Of a stretch of DNA of 64,000 bases, positions 32,301-44,524 are shown one piece after another. A program made the translations under genes and the position numbers. The stretch spans positions 19,332,767 through 19,396,766 of the forward strand of contig OZ037766.1 in NCBI GenBank assembly GCA_964035545.1, given 5' to 3'. Below the pieces are notes generated by a model. It saw nothing but the letters and a program-made list of their open reading frames with translations, was not told the origin of the DNA and made no database searches. This DNA is from Bugula neritina. Taxonomy: Eukaryota; Animalia; Bryozoa. The stretch's first letter is position 1. Every line of letters starts with the position of its first letter.

Positions 32301-35300
32301 AAGCTTATGTGTAAGGTTCTTTCACTCTACACCTAGAAATGATCTCCAAACTGACCCTGCATTTAGCATCTCAGTAGCACATTGCATGTTTCCAAAAGCA
32401 GGTTAGTTATACAACATTAATTTTCAGCAGACTACCCTAGTTCCATTATTATACTTTTGTCTACAAATAAACAAGGCCTACTTTAAATTATTCATTTCTG
32501 TTGCACAGTGTCTGAATTGTTTTATATGTTGCAATGCTATGTTTTAGAGCTGTTTCAAACAAACCAACTGTTGTACCTATCAAACCATTTCAAATGCCTA
32601 AGCCATACAAAGAGGTTTTGGAGTTTAAAGTACGAAATATGACTGCACCAAACCGGGTTTGGAATGCCAGCAATGAGAATACGAATCACAAGGGTAAGTA
32701 TTTAGTATTTGCTCAACAGCAGCATCTATACTATTTCCACAAGAGATGAACATGAAAGATGTCAGGTATTTAATAATATACTGCGTAAGTTTTAGTTAAG
32801 TAGAAACTTCTAAAGTAGCATATCAGCATTTTTATATAGATTCACCAAAATAATACGTCTATTGTGAAAAATATTTAAATTTTCTAATTGGTACTCTAGT
32901 ATAGCACTGTGTTTTTAACAATGTTATGATGTACATCTGCTTACTAAAATTCAAATTGCATAATGAAATAATTGCTAACTTGAGTTAAATATGACAGTGT
33001 AACAGTTAAATATGTTAGCTCTTTTACTATTTACACTCTATATGCTATATTTTACATAGAGTGATGTGCTCATATAGTATCAATTTATAAATACAGGCAA
33101 CTATGACCCTCAGTTTAATAGAAAGGGTCTTGGGTCAGGTGATAAACATGCTGAAACAGAGCCGGTGAAGTTCTACTGGGAACTGATGGACAATCAGCCA
33201 GAGCACATGCCTGGATATGTTGACCCTCTCATAGTTGATGACACTCAGGGAGATTTTGGTGGCAATCCTATCATTCATCCAGAAAGTAGGCATTTTAAGT
33301 TACTCTATTATAATACATTCTATGTACTTAATATTTTTCTGAATTACCCAAACTTCTGATATCATAAGAGGTTACACATTTTTCTTAAATTATGAGTTTT
33401 ACAAATAAATTGATGGTAAAAAGTGAATACAACGCAGCCATAAACTATAATATTACCTAAACTTATGCCATTTCAAACTAATCTTAAAATGATTGTTTTG
33501 CAAGAAGCGAAATAGAATAGATATTAAATGTGTTTCCAATTTCCATGCAGTTGCTGAAAATCGTAAATTACACCAACTGTTTTCAAATAATAGAAACATT
33601 TTCTTACGTAGAATCCCTGTATTCTGACTCCAACTTCTACACTACAAATGACAACACTTACCCAACAATCCCTGAACAAATGAGACTTTGCCGTATGATC
33701 GCAGGAATTCTGCAGGCTCCTGATGCAATGAGATCTAGAGGAGGAAAAATGTTTCATAGGTGTAAGCAAGGTGCGGAGAATTGGTCTAAAGAAGCAATGG
33801 GAAAGAAGTTTGAACAGCCTTATGATGGCAGTGATGCTGGTGAGTTCGTTGATGAGACAATAGATGTGAGAATAGTTTTGCAGACTGTTGTAAGAGTGTG
33901 TGTGCGTGTGTGTGCGTGTGTGTGCGTGTGTGTGCGTGCGTGCTTATAACTATAATTACAGATCTACTTCATAAACCAATCTTTTTCTGACTTATTACAG
34001 AATTAAAACGAGATTTTGAGTTATAAAATTAAAAAAAAAAGAACATATTATGCAATTGCATAGTGTAATTAATGAAAATCCTATTAAATTTTTTGGTGCA
34101 CATATTGGCACAGGCATTTGTCGGATCGATCTTAAAAAGCAACTGCCATTGTTTGTTATAATCACCAAGTTCAATGAATTAGTTTTATGTGATGGCTATA
34201 TTCAAGTATTATGGTTCCATTTATAGTAGCAGCCGCAGAAAAACTCAAACGCTGAAGAGTGTGCTTTTTATATCCAACTCAGCATTTCACCAAGTGATAC
34301 TAGCTTGTAATGTTATGTTGCAGAGTATTTCTATGATGGAAGGCAGCATTGGCCAAGCACAATGAAGGAAAATCTCACGGCTGATGAACTGGAACGACTT
34401 GAACACAACACCGAGAATCTGTCTAAACATGACCTTCTACCTCCTGTAGTAGCTTTTGATATAAACTCAGCCTTAAAGAATAGCAGAAACCATGGCAAAG
34501 GTGTGGACTTGTACAGGAAAAATGCAGAACGGGCTGAAGAATTCACTATTGACGAGAACAACAGACAAAAACCAACTTATTCTAATAGACTAGATGCGCA
34601 GCTAAACCAACAACTGCAAAACAAGTTTCAGTCTCCATGGACTGCAGCATGGGGAGGAAATTTAGATAAAGCTTTCGCAGTAGAAGATCCTTATGCTGCT
34701 CAGTCTGTGAAAGATGAAGTAGATCTGAGAAAAGATAACAACCCTCATGCTTTAGATTATGACCATCACCAGGCTAGTGTTCTTTATATATAAATTTATC
34801 ATCTATATTATTATTAAACTATTATTTCATGAATACTATTAGTAGCTCCTTTCATTTACACATGCTATATGTCTAGTCAAACCAGCTTATTGGTATATTC
34901 ACATACACTTATATATATAACATATTTTAAATTTCCAATGTTGAAAATAATGTAATATCACTGAGAAACTATATTTTATATTTTTGGTAATATATAACTT
35001 GTTGTTTGAACTATTTACAGTGATACAGAGCTTTTCATTGCAGGCAACTTTTGGGGTAAAGTATAAAGATGTAGCACCTGTTCATGCACCCAGAGGTCCA
35101 AATATTCTAGGGAGGCATTTCAGTCTTTCATCATCTGCTCTTGATAAAGCTGGGAAGCCTGAACCACGTCTTGTTAAAATGATAGCATTGAGACAGCAAG
35201 AAAGACCGACATATGACACTTATACATACAAGTGGTGTGCTCCACCTTATTATGGACAAGGTGGGACAACTGTATATGAAAATGAATAAATCTAAAGCTT

Positions 35301-36266
35301 CATTGCACTTTTGGTGTATAGCTTTTGAATGTAATTAGCAGTTTTACAATGAAATAAAAACAACAATAAAGGTTGGCCAAGACTCATGTAGATTTTATTG
35401 AAAATGGATTCACCAGTGCCAAGAGCTTTACTGCTCTAATAACTTTCTATGAGACCAGCTTTGACAAGTATAGTTTATGTTTTGCTCGTTACATTTACTA
35501 GTTACTATATTTTCATCAACTTACAAGAAAAGGCTTTGCTAAAATATTTAGCTTTCAGTATCATTCTACAAAAATTTCAGAACGTCAATCAGCAACAAAA
35601 AAAAGAAAAAATCTTTTGCTACATCCTTACATTTTTCTTAGTTTTATTAAGTGCAGTTTAGCATAAATCAGTTAAAAAGCTTGTAATTCCAAATATACTA
35701 CTTATGTATTGTATATATGTAGCACATTGAGACAGTGTGTATGTATGTTGCAATTCATATAATAATACTGTGCATTGTTTTAGATTTGATGAGAATCCCT
35801 GCTGATGACTGTCAGTTAAAGTCACAAGAGGGAAAAGTTGGATTCTACAAAGGACCTTTTCAAGCCACCAGATTAACAAACATTGGTGAGATTACATACC
35901 ACCTACATAGTTGTACTTGTGTGAATAAAAATTTAGATACATCTCTTTTGTGATCTAGTCAGCTTTGCAATCATTATAACATCAGTGATGTTGCCTACAG
36001 GTTCCCAGTATAACTCTACACCATCACTAAGAAGGCCAAGAGACTATATAAAGCCAAGGAAGCCCTATAATGCTAACGATAGGCCACTAGCTGAAAGCTA
36101 TGTAGGCCCTCCACCTACACTCAGACGACCTCAAGACTTCTACCATAGTAGCAATCAGCAAAGAAACTCGAACACCGAGCCTCTCAGTGTGAGGACAACT
36201 TTGTGTGCACAGTCAGGCAGCACAACACCGACATGTTTCCTACAGCAGGGGTTGTCTTCCTTTTGA
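26381..36266 (+). CDS. PDZ + calsarcin-motif protein, synaptopodin-2/myozenin-like (Z-disc/actin-associated), about 854 aa
   Basis: Exons 26381-26485, 28271-28422, 29616-29840, 31459-31734, 31928-32137, 32548-32693, 33097-33285, 33612-33839, 34324-34772 (GC donor?), 35044-35260, 35784-35885, 36001-36266; total 2565 nt in frame. PDZ (GGPWGFRLKGG); YPTIPEQMRLCRMIAGIL..SRGGKMF; GKGVDLYRK..ERAEEFTIDE; SPWTAA.G.LDKAF. Some internal boundaries are uncertain. Confidence 0.78.
27716..27908 (-). mobile_element. tRNA-derived SINE (degenerate)
   Basis: Minus strand GGAGCAGCTGTGGTCTA...GGATTCGAACCC (A/B-box-like) followed by TGGTGATGTTAGAAAGAGCATTCAGTCATAA, resembling a conserved SINE core; related fragment near 29140-29225. 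Confidence 0.55.
30207..30354. repeat. 46-bp tandem minisatellite, about 3.2 copies
   Basis: Unit TTATTATACTAGTAGGTTATATACATTATTAGTAGCAGGAAGGTGT; third copy has an extra TA. Confidence 0.92.
33896..33943. repeat. (GT)n/(GTGTGTGC)n microsatellite
   Basis: Directly visible; it explains the VCVRVCAC tail of ORF 33530. Confidence 0.9.
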
Positions 36267-37980
36267 AAATTTAATTTTCCAGCTTCTTTAGGTTTGCTGT
36301 TCAGCCTTTATTTATGCCACAAGCACTAATCTTTTGCGCAAAAATTATATTTGGTGGCTTTTATCAACCATTCAAAGAGTTTTGCCTTTGTCTAATAATT
36401 ATGGTTTGTTTTTACAAGTAAATATTTTCTTACATTTACAAATAGTTCAGCTAATTTATTGCAGCAGAATTTGCTTGCGATGGTAATTTATAGCACTTAT
36501 ACGATGATATATATGGAATAAATATAATTTCCCTGCTTTAGCTTGCCCAGTGATGCATGCATAATAATATATAAATAATTAAAATAGCCATAGTATTAAA
36601 ACTTTACAAAAAGTGCTTGTTTTAAAAACGCAAGGAAATTTTTTATTGTTCAACTATAATGTGCTACATCCGCAATAAAACGTTGATGATTAAACCTTAT
36701 CTATTTAGTTATATATTAATTTAATTTTGCAGAGAGTTTTGGCAACAAGTGACAACAGTCTACAAACTACACAACACAGTACAATGTTGAATTATATAAA
36801 CAAAACAACCATTAAATTTCAGGAAAGCTTACTAACCAATACTTGAATTAAATTATTATATTATTAAAAAAAGATCTGAATTCATCTTATTATTATATGA
36901 AATGCTATTTATAGTAGTCAACTAACTTCTCACACCAAATATAAGTTGGGTTAATTATCAAGCTAAGGTACCATGAAATCATACAATTTGACAATAAATG
37001 TTTATCTAAGGAAACACTTATAATTGCAATGCATGAAAGTATATGAGATTGATCTGTCATTATTTGCTAGGTTTTCTTAACCCATTCAATATATTCCAAT
37101 AAAATATGCAATTATCCTTCAGCCTTCACTTTGCATAAACCTATAATTATTGCAGGTGCCCTGTAGTGCACAACAGCATGTAGTTCTATATGTTCAAAGT
37201 TTTGTTTAGACAAATTTAGAGAAGTTTTTTTTACGATGTTATAGGAAAAAGATTTGTTTCATTATTTACATTATATTGTTTTAAAAATGGTTAGGAGACG
37301 TCAGTTTCTTTTATACTTTTTTAGGTTGATTATATTAATAACATAATAAAACTAGTAACTAGTACTATGATTTACTCTTAAAAAATGTGTAAAAGTTACA
37401 AACTAGTTTATAGCGCTTTAACTCAATGATAGCTTCACATTAATGTTACATACTTGAACAAATTGTCACCTGTTATATACATCATATATATTTATTGTCA
37501 TTTATTTCAACAGGTCAACTACTTTAGTTAAAATCAGCATATTCATTGAGAGAAACTAACACAAGCTGACAGAAGACTTCATATACCTGTCTTTCAAGTG
37601 ACAAATAATTTTAGAATTACTTTAACATAAAATTCAAAGCATTTAAGTTTAAAACATTTAAATAAACATAAGAACTGTATTAAAATGTCCATATATTACC
37701 CAAAAATGAACTAGCCATAGCAAAAATGTTGTCTTTATAAATGAATCACTAAAACTGAATTGAATTTTCACCTTTGAGCAATAACATTATTTCTCTATTA
37801 GTGGTAGGTAATGGTGACTTGTTTACCTACTACAACAAGTGAGATTGCTATTTCAAATTCTTCTCAACTTATCAAGTTTCTACTCAGCCATTTACTCAAA
37901 AGCTCTGATGCATGTATACCTTCACTACAGTCCAATGGAAGTCCGGCTGGTTAATGACAACATCAATAGCTGATAAAAAA

Positions 37981-39547
37981 TCAAACAAGTGATATTAGCC
38001 TAAATCTGTTTTCTTGCTTAAATGGTAACACATGCACAAAAACTCTCTCAATAACTTCTCCATTTTGTACTCCTGAATATATAGGACTGTCTGGATAAGG
38101 GTTTAACTTCTCTTTTGTAATCAGCACTTTACCATCAACCATTGCATTCAAAGTCATGTTTGTCCCAATTTTTACCTGCAAAATCAATTGTATTAGTAAA
38201 AGTCAAAGACACTATTTTGATATATCATATGCAATATTTGCTTTTAATTGGTTTGGACAGTGGTGCTCAACTGCATATGGAGCTTTCAAAACTGTAGGCT
38301 TTCAAAATGTTCTGCAAGATAAACTTGAAATTGAAAATGCATTTATTCACTAATACATAGCCTTCGTAAACTCAATAACCATAAAATTGACTTAATCATG
38401 CACTTAATAACCATAAAGAACCTATAAATGTTGATAATAAAAAAGTATTTCTGTTTCGTCTCTGGAAGACCTATAAGTATTGGATGTAAAAGGTTTAAAC
38501 TATTGTCTAAGTTTGTCTCTATTCAAGCTGAGAATAGCATGTAGATTTTAGCATAATTTCTGAAACACTTTATACTTGTTCAATATTACGGATTGGATTT
38601 CCCTGTGCTTGCCATGAAAAATTAATTCACCTACCAAATGACTGGCAGGTGTAAAGTTCAAGACAGCAGAATAGCTTCAAAGTAATTTTTGCATTTTCAC
38701 TTTAAGGTCTGGTTAGCTATGACTTTGTATTTGAAACTTCAAATTACATTAAAATAAAATTTATAAGTACTGCATTTCATGTGTTCTATCCAAGTTTAGT
38801 TATAAGTGAACTGAATATATCTTATCCCTAGGCATGTTGCATTTGAAAATTACAACAGACCATTTTAGAATATTAGTTAAAATATTAGTAGATGCTTATT
38901 TTAATATGCTTTGGGAGCTGAATTTTATATACTGCTTGAGACAGAACACACGGAATCAATGTTTTTTCATTAATGTTGTAAAATAGAAGGAAAAACCTCT
39001 GCTTTCAAATGAAATATGATTTGTTAGCTATAACAGTATAATAAAAATGAATGTGGCAATGTAAAAGAGTAGCTTAAATACTGGTACCTATCTTATAGGG
39101 GAAAAAGGTAGTAGGACTTTATTGAAAAATGTAAAATAAATTTTTTACAAAAGCAGCTGTCAGAGGTTAACATCATACTCACATTTTGGCCAGGGTAATA
39201 TCTCAGCTGCAGTTGAGTGCAAAGAATAGTTTGTCTTTGAACTTCCTGACCCTCCTCAACCTTTATACCCCTAGGTGTTTTTTTACCTCGTTTTCTATTT
39301 TTCGTTGCACCACCAGCCATCTTGGATGCTGCTCGAGTTTGAAAGGCATCTACAAATATGAAGTGTATAACAAACTTGTTTATCATAGTTTATTTTGATA
39401 GTGATAAATAATATTTGTAGTAGACGTAAAAAGCAAGCATGAATTGCACAAAAATATAAAAGTGATCATACCTAACATTGGCGATAACTCTTGCTTTAAA
39501 AATGGTAGCCCTTTGCTCAGCAAATGTTTGCTTACTTCAAAATTCAT
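37981..39547 (-). CDS. MRPL27: Mitochondrial 39S ribosomal protein L27 (bL27m), 3 coding exons, 145 aa
   Basis: Exons 39547-39472, 39349-39183, 38175-37981. Presequence then RAASKMAGGATKN..RGIKVEEGQEV..TILCTQLQLRYYPGQNVKIGTNMTLNAMVDGKVLITKE...FRLISLV*. An acceptor just upstream of the ATG implies a 5'UTR exon. Confidence 0.93.
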
Positions 39548-39970
39548 TTTTCTACAAATAATAATGCTCAAATAAAATCGAAAGATCACAGGTCAAAAGT
39601 AATGCCCAAAACTATACAAAGCATTAAAACACACACACGCGCACGCACATTAATGAAGAACACAGCTTTCATCAAAACCTCACATTTTTACAAAGGGTGC
39701 TTTAAACTAGTTAGATTGCATAACTTTGCCACTTGTCGAAACTGTAGCATACACTACTGAGATCACTGGCAGCTGTAGTGCCTGGCTAACTACTGTTGCT
39801 ATTTGATTTGGTTTGAATGTGACCAACTATCTAGAAACAAAAATTCCCACAAGTATCTGGTTGACAATTTTAAAACGTCTCAACCACCTGTATGATAATT
39901 TATCAAAATTATTGCCCATTATTATTGTCTTAAACTTACAGTGTTTTCCTTTTATGAGGATACTTGCATA

Positions 39971-40357
39971 GACCCTTTTTAGAGGTCCCTGATATCCCCT
40001 TTACAATTAAGAGTTGTGGCCTCCCAAAGTGAATAGGTTGAACCTTTGTATAAAGAGCGAACTCATTAAAATTTAAAGTTTGGCTGCTACTTAAAATGCT
40101 AATTATGCTATAGAATTGTTCTTTTAGGAGATAGATATTTGGTATAAGCACACATATTAGCAGTTCAAAAAAAATTTTTTAAAATATTTTTCATGGTTAA
40201 TTTTGACAGAAATAAAGTTTAAAGCATTTTTGTGGTTTTGGTTACAAGAACCACAAAAATGAGTTCAAGTCTATTTTGCATCACAAATTTAATTTTGGGA
40301 GACCACAACTCTCAATTGTATGGGGGGGGGGCACATTGGGGACCTTTAAAAAGGGTC
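39971..40357. mobile_element. MITE-like element with about 60-bp imperfect TIRs
   Basis: GACCCTTTTTAGAGGTCCC...TACAATTAAGAGTTGTGGCCTCCCAAA versus TTTGGGGAGACCACAACTCTCAATTGTA...GGGACCTTTAAAAAGGGTC. Confidence 0.65.
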
Positions 40358-40717
40358 CATTAACCTGAGCCATTAAAATAGGCTTCATAACAATTTGCAG
40401 GAGTCTTGCTATTTATTGAAAGCTGGGCAACAGTGCATTTTTCTTTAAGAATAGTGTCATGGCACATAATCTTGCAATAAAAGAAACCAAAATCTAAAAG
40501 GTGTGTAAATTGAAGCCAGAGTCTTCAAGTAACTTTAGAAGTTACTGTTTTAACTAAAAATTATGATTTAAGTTGTTTAACAGAAATATAGGTTGATCAA
40601 TCTGCATTTAGTGATACTGCAATAAATATCCAGCTTAGATTTCTTTAGAAATGCCGAGGATTGAAGTCAGAAATTGTATCAGTATTATAGATCTGATTTA
40701 CGAAAATTTGATCTTAA

Positions 40718-40719
<2 letters not shown>

Positions 40720-40763
<44 letters not shown>
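40720..40763. repeat. (TA)n microsatellite
   Basis: About 22 TA units directly abutting a Penelope-like fragment. Confidence 0.95.
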
Positions 40764-40764
<1 letters not shown>

Positions 40765-41204
40765 CAAACACATCTGGTCCTTAAAAGACAGAGGTCTGGA
40801 TTTCACAATTTCCTGGAAAATTCTTAGAAAAGCTCAGCCATATAATAGCATCACTAAAAGCTGTCAGCTGTGCTTATGGGAAAAATATTTTATTTTGTAC
40901 AAGCCACGGCTGTCTTCTCTTAAAAAGCGCAATAACTTTTTATCTATATGCAGGCATAGCAGCAAATTCCTACTCAAGAATGCTGTGACATAGCTAATTA
41001 CATCCAATGCTATATCTGTGTTATATTCTATTCCTCATGCTTTATTCTGTCCATATATTCAGCTTTACCATATTATATAGTTGAGAGCAATCATAATGAC
41101 AATTTTATCTGACGAGTGCACAATATTTTAGTGCACAAAACCATTAGTAATAAATGTCATTTTATTAATCAAATTTCATTTCATTCCTTTTAATATATAT
41201 ATAT
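40763..41204 (+). mobile_element. Penelope-like element (Neptune-type) 3' fragment: GIY-YIG C-terminus plus pLTR
   Basis: Open frame 40763-40993 SKHIWSLKDRGLDFTISWKILRKAQPYNSITKSCQLCLWEKYFILYKP...LSICRHSSKFLL; bounded by (TA)n on both sides; contains a hammerhead motif. Confidence 0.85.
41095..41161 (+). ncRNA. Minimal type I hammerhead ribozyme relic (G12A)
   Basis: AATGACAATTTTAT-CTGACGA-GTGCAC(AATATTTTA)GTGCAC-AAAAC-CATTA-GTA-ATAAATGTCATT: stem I, core, stem II and GUA site are present; GAAA reads AAAA. Confidence 0.65.
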
Positions 41205-41219
41205 CTTTACAAGCTAGCA

Positions 41220-41900
41220 ATTTAATTATAAATAAGCATACGAGAAATATTGTTGTTTTATTAATTTATTAAGCAAAGTAATTGACTTATATTTCGGGCA
41301 CCACTGTGCCCATCTTCATAGTAACAATGAATGATTGAAATTCAAAAGTTATTACGTTACTTTAAACACTATGCATGACACAAAGAATAGAGAGTGGCAG
41401 TTATTGTAAATTATTGAAACTGAGGGAGATAATCTTGTTTTATATATTACACAAGTCAAAAATTATACTGATTTCTTTGCATAAAAAATAAATTAGAGTT
41501 GACAAAATATAGATATCTGAATATAAAAACAGCATGGATTAGTGAAACGTGTGTGAGAGTTGAGTAGTGTAGAGCTTATTGATATAGTTTTAGTGGTATG
41601 GAGTAATTTTGTTTATTAAGTTGCGGTTTTATTTGTTTAATGTAGAGAGCTTTGGCTACTTTTTGATGGTGGATTCCTTTAAAGTATTAAGGGCTAATAA
41701 ATCTGTTCTACTCCAGCACTTAAGACCCAAGAACTAAACTATATTCAAAATGTTTTTGAGCATAAAAATGGCTATCTTAAATATGTAATAGAGAAAACTA
41801 TTAACAACATTAGTGATGGACTACTCAGTTAAAAAACAACAGAAAACACATTTTACTTCAACTGCCTTATAAAGGAGTAGACTATTACGTATACTCAAAC
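41220..41900 (-). mobile_element. Second Penelope-like fragment (Poseidon/Penelope-type) with an inverted piece
   Basis: Minus strand KVAKALYIKQIKPQLNKQNYSIPL (GIY-YIG end) and hammerhead-like TGAAGATGGGCAC..GTGCCCGAAA (about 41283-41325); plus strand ELNYIQNVFEHKNGY...LQLPYKG (RT thumb) at about 41725-41880. Confidence 0.65.
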
Positions 41901-42434
41901 TAGTACAGAAATATCTTTTGAAACTTATAATAATAAAAAAAAATTATTCTAATCAGGACTAATCTAATAACGTGCTGTTACTATAGATCCAAGGCCTGAG
42001 CACTAAATTTATACCAAACAAATAAGCAACATACTATGCTAAATCAAAGCTAAAGTTCCAGACTGAAACACCATTTATCACTGGGATTATCACCCTTAAG
42101 CTAAATTTAGAAACCATAGAGTGCCAACAAAACATAGGTAAAAAAACCAAGGAGATTTTTCTTTATCACAAGCTTTTACTGACAAATGCCCTTCACCAAG
42201 TAAAAATATGTGATATTCGAAAATGTGCGATATCTACAAAACAACACTAAATAAGGCCATAATTTATTTTGTCCCCCAAAAGACAGTTCAGGTCAATAAT
42301 AGGGATCAACGGCCTTGGTTAAACAAACGTATTAAAAATATGGGAGACAAAAATACTATGCAAAGGAAATATGGGCAAACTAGAGATGTATACTATCTGA
42401 ACAACTATAAGCAGCACTACTAGAATAAGAATTT

Positions 42435-43010
42435 TTTAAGACTTGCAAGGTATGGGATTCCTGACCCACTTTAGGTGAACAATGAACCACAATTTATGTC
42501 ACCCAAGTTTGTCCGGTTTAGCAATGAATGAGGTTTTAAGCAGACAACCTCATTTTCTGAACATCAGCAGTCTAATGGCAAGGCGGAAGAAGCAGACTTA
42601 AGATCACCAAAAGGCTGAAGAGAGCAGACCCCTATTTGGCTTTGCTAGAGTACTGAAATACCTGACTGCAGGGATGACCTTCTCACAAGCCCAGAAAATG
42701 TTTGGAAATTCCATAAGGTCTATTCTTCCCACAAGAGACATGCCAGAGAACACTGGCCTACAGCAAAAGGCTAGCAAGAGAAAGGTCACATAAAACAGCT
42801 AATGATATGATTAAGTTGGCTAGAGGCTTGCCGGTACCTCTGAGAGATTATATGTCAGAAAGAAGAGTGGTGGAACAGCTGTCTAACTGATCACACTTTG
42901 TCTCAAACAAAAATACAAGCATGGCTTTTTGGTAAAACAGAGCAGAGCTGCACCTTCTAAGTGAAGTGGAAGCTAGTCAGCCATTGGCTAGAATCGCAAG
43001 ATCAACAGAC
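42435..43010 (+). mobile_element. Gypsy integrase (rve) remnant
   Basis: Degenerate ARYGIPD, N.PQF, GFKQTTS and QSNGKAE motifs. Confidence 0.65.
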
Positions 43011-43019
43011 ACCAATAAC

Positions 43020-44520
43020 CCAGTATCCAGTCATTCTCATTGAATTCCAGTCTAAATGGATCAAAAAGCTGGACCTGATCAAATAAGAAAATGTGAGATG
43101 TTTGTGGGTTTCGATATGGTAGCCAGATGTCTAACATACATATTCCAGGCATCTATCAACTCAGGTATACTACCATTACAATGGAGAGCTATTAGCGTTA
43201 CACTGATTCACACAAAAAAGTGCAAAAGAAGAACCATCAAATTACTGACCAACACCGCTGACAAGCATACCATGCAAAGTGCTTGAACATATTATACTAC
43301 ACTAGCTCAATGAAACACTGGAGAATGTGCTGTATAACCAGCAACACGTGCACAGAAAAGGCCTCGGATGTGAAACCCAATTATGCGCTACATACCATGA
43401 CTGCAGAAATTGGCTCAACAGTGCAAGGTGTTGTTTTGAACTTTCAGAAGGCATTCGACAAAGTGCTTCATAATCCACTTATGCAAAAGATTCGGTGTAT
43501 TGACCGCATAAACACACTGTGAATTAGATTCATAGTTTTAATGCCCGAAAAGTCAGAGGGTTGCAGTGCGAGGGAAGCTATCATCAGATTTGGTAGCTAC
43601 CTCAGGGATGCCCCAAGGCTCAGTGCTGGGGCCCACATTGTTTCTCATGTACATAAATGAATGCCAGAAGCTGTAACATGTGGTGTTAGTCTGTATGGTA
43701 ATGACACCCTACTTTACTCAGAGGTGAGCAACGGCGAAGATAGCTGCCGCTTTCAGGAAAATATTGATGCATTGTATGATTGGTCTACAAAGTGGAAAAT
43801 ACCATCCAACGCTGATAAGTGTGTAGCTATTACATTTAGCAAAGGGCCATCTGCAAACCCAAGGTACTCCCTCGGAAACACTCCTTTTGAATTTATTGAG
43901 CAGATCACATACCTCAGTATAGAAATGAGATAAGACTTGAAGTTTGAGAAACAACTAACATCTAAAATTGAGAGCACATCTAAAATTCTTGGCTGTATAA
44001 AATACACTTTGCATGAAGCGACCGGGAGAGGCAAGTTGCTTGCGTATATTAGCCTCTGCTGACCAATCCTTGAACACGGTAATACCCTTTGGGACCCAAC
44101 TGAGATTTACATTCGTGATGCTATTGAGCATGTAAAATCTCAAGCAGTTTGATTTATCAAAAACATCAAGGGGAAGCATGGAGTAACTGAAGGTCAAACG
44201 CAACTAGAGCTCAAATCACCAAAAGAAAGACGAAAATCACACAGGCTGTCATTACTGATGAAAATACTCTCAATTGAAACCAAGTACCAGACCCTTGCCT
44301 CAGCATATGATGAGCTGGTTAACAGTAAAAGCCAGACAACTATGATCACACGAGCTGCAAACAGAGAAACACCAACCTGAATATATGCATTGAGCCAGAC
44401 ATACTACAGCAGCTTCCTTCCAAACAGCGTGAGGAACCCTAGGCTGGGGTCAAATAACACTAAGCAACAAGTGGCTGTCGCTGCTACACGAATAAACACT
44501 GACCAATGAGGCACTCCCTG
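43020..44520 (+). mobile_element. Degenerate CR1-like LINE (copy 1); upstream piece at about 42170-42430
   Basis: [33 protein letters not shown] (decayed YADD); 3' region similar to copy 2. Confidence 0.85.
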
Positions 44521-44524
44521 TTTG

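Noticed and set aside
32241-32336. Short frame LTYFNYEPKSILVPENILLDKLM resembling myozenin KKISVPRDVMLEEL
   Set aside because: Available splice sites give phases 0 or 1, incompatible with the flanking phase-2 junctions; probably chance unless cDNA shows otherwise.
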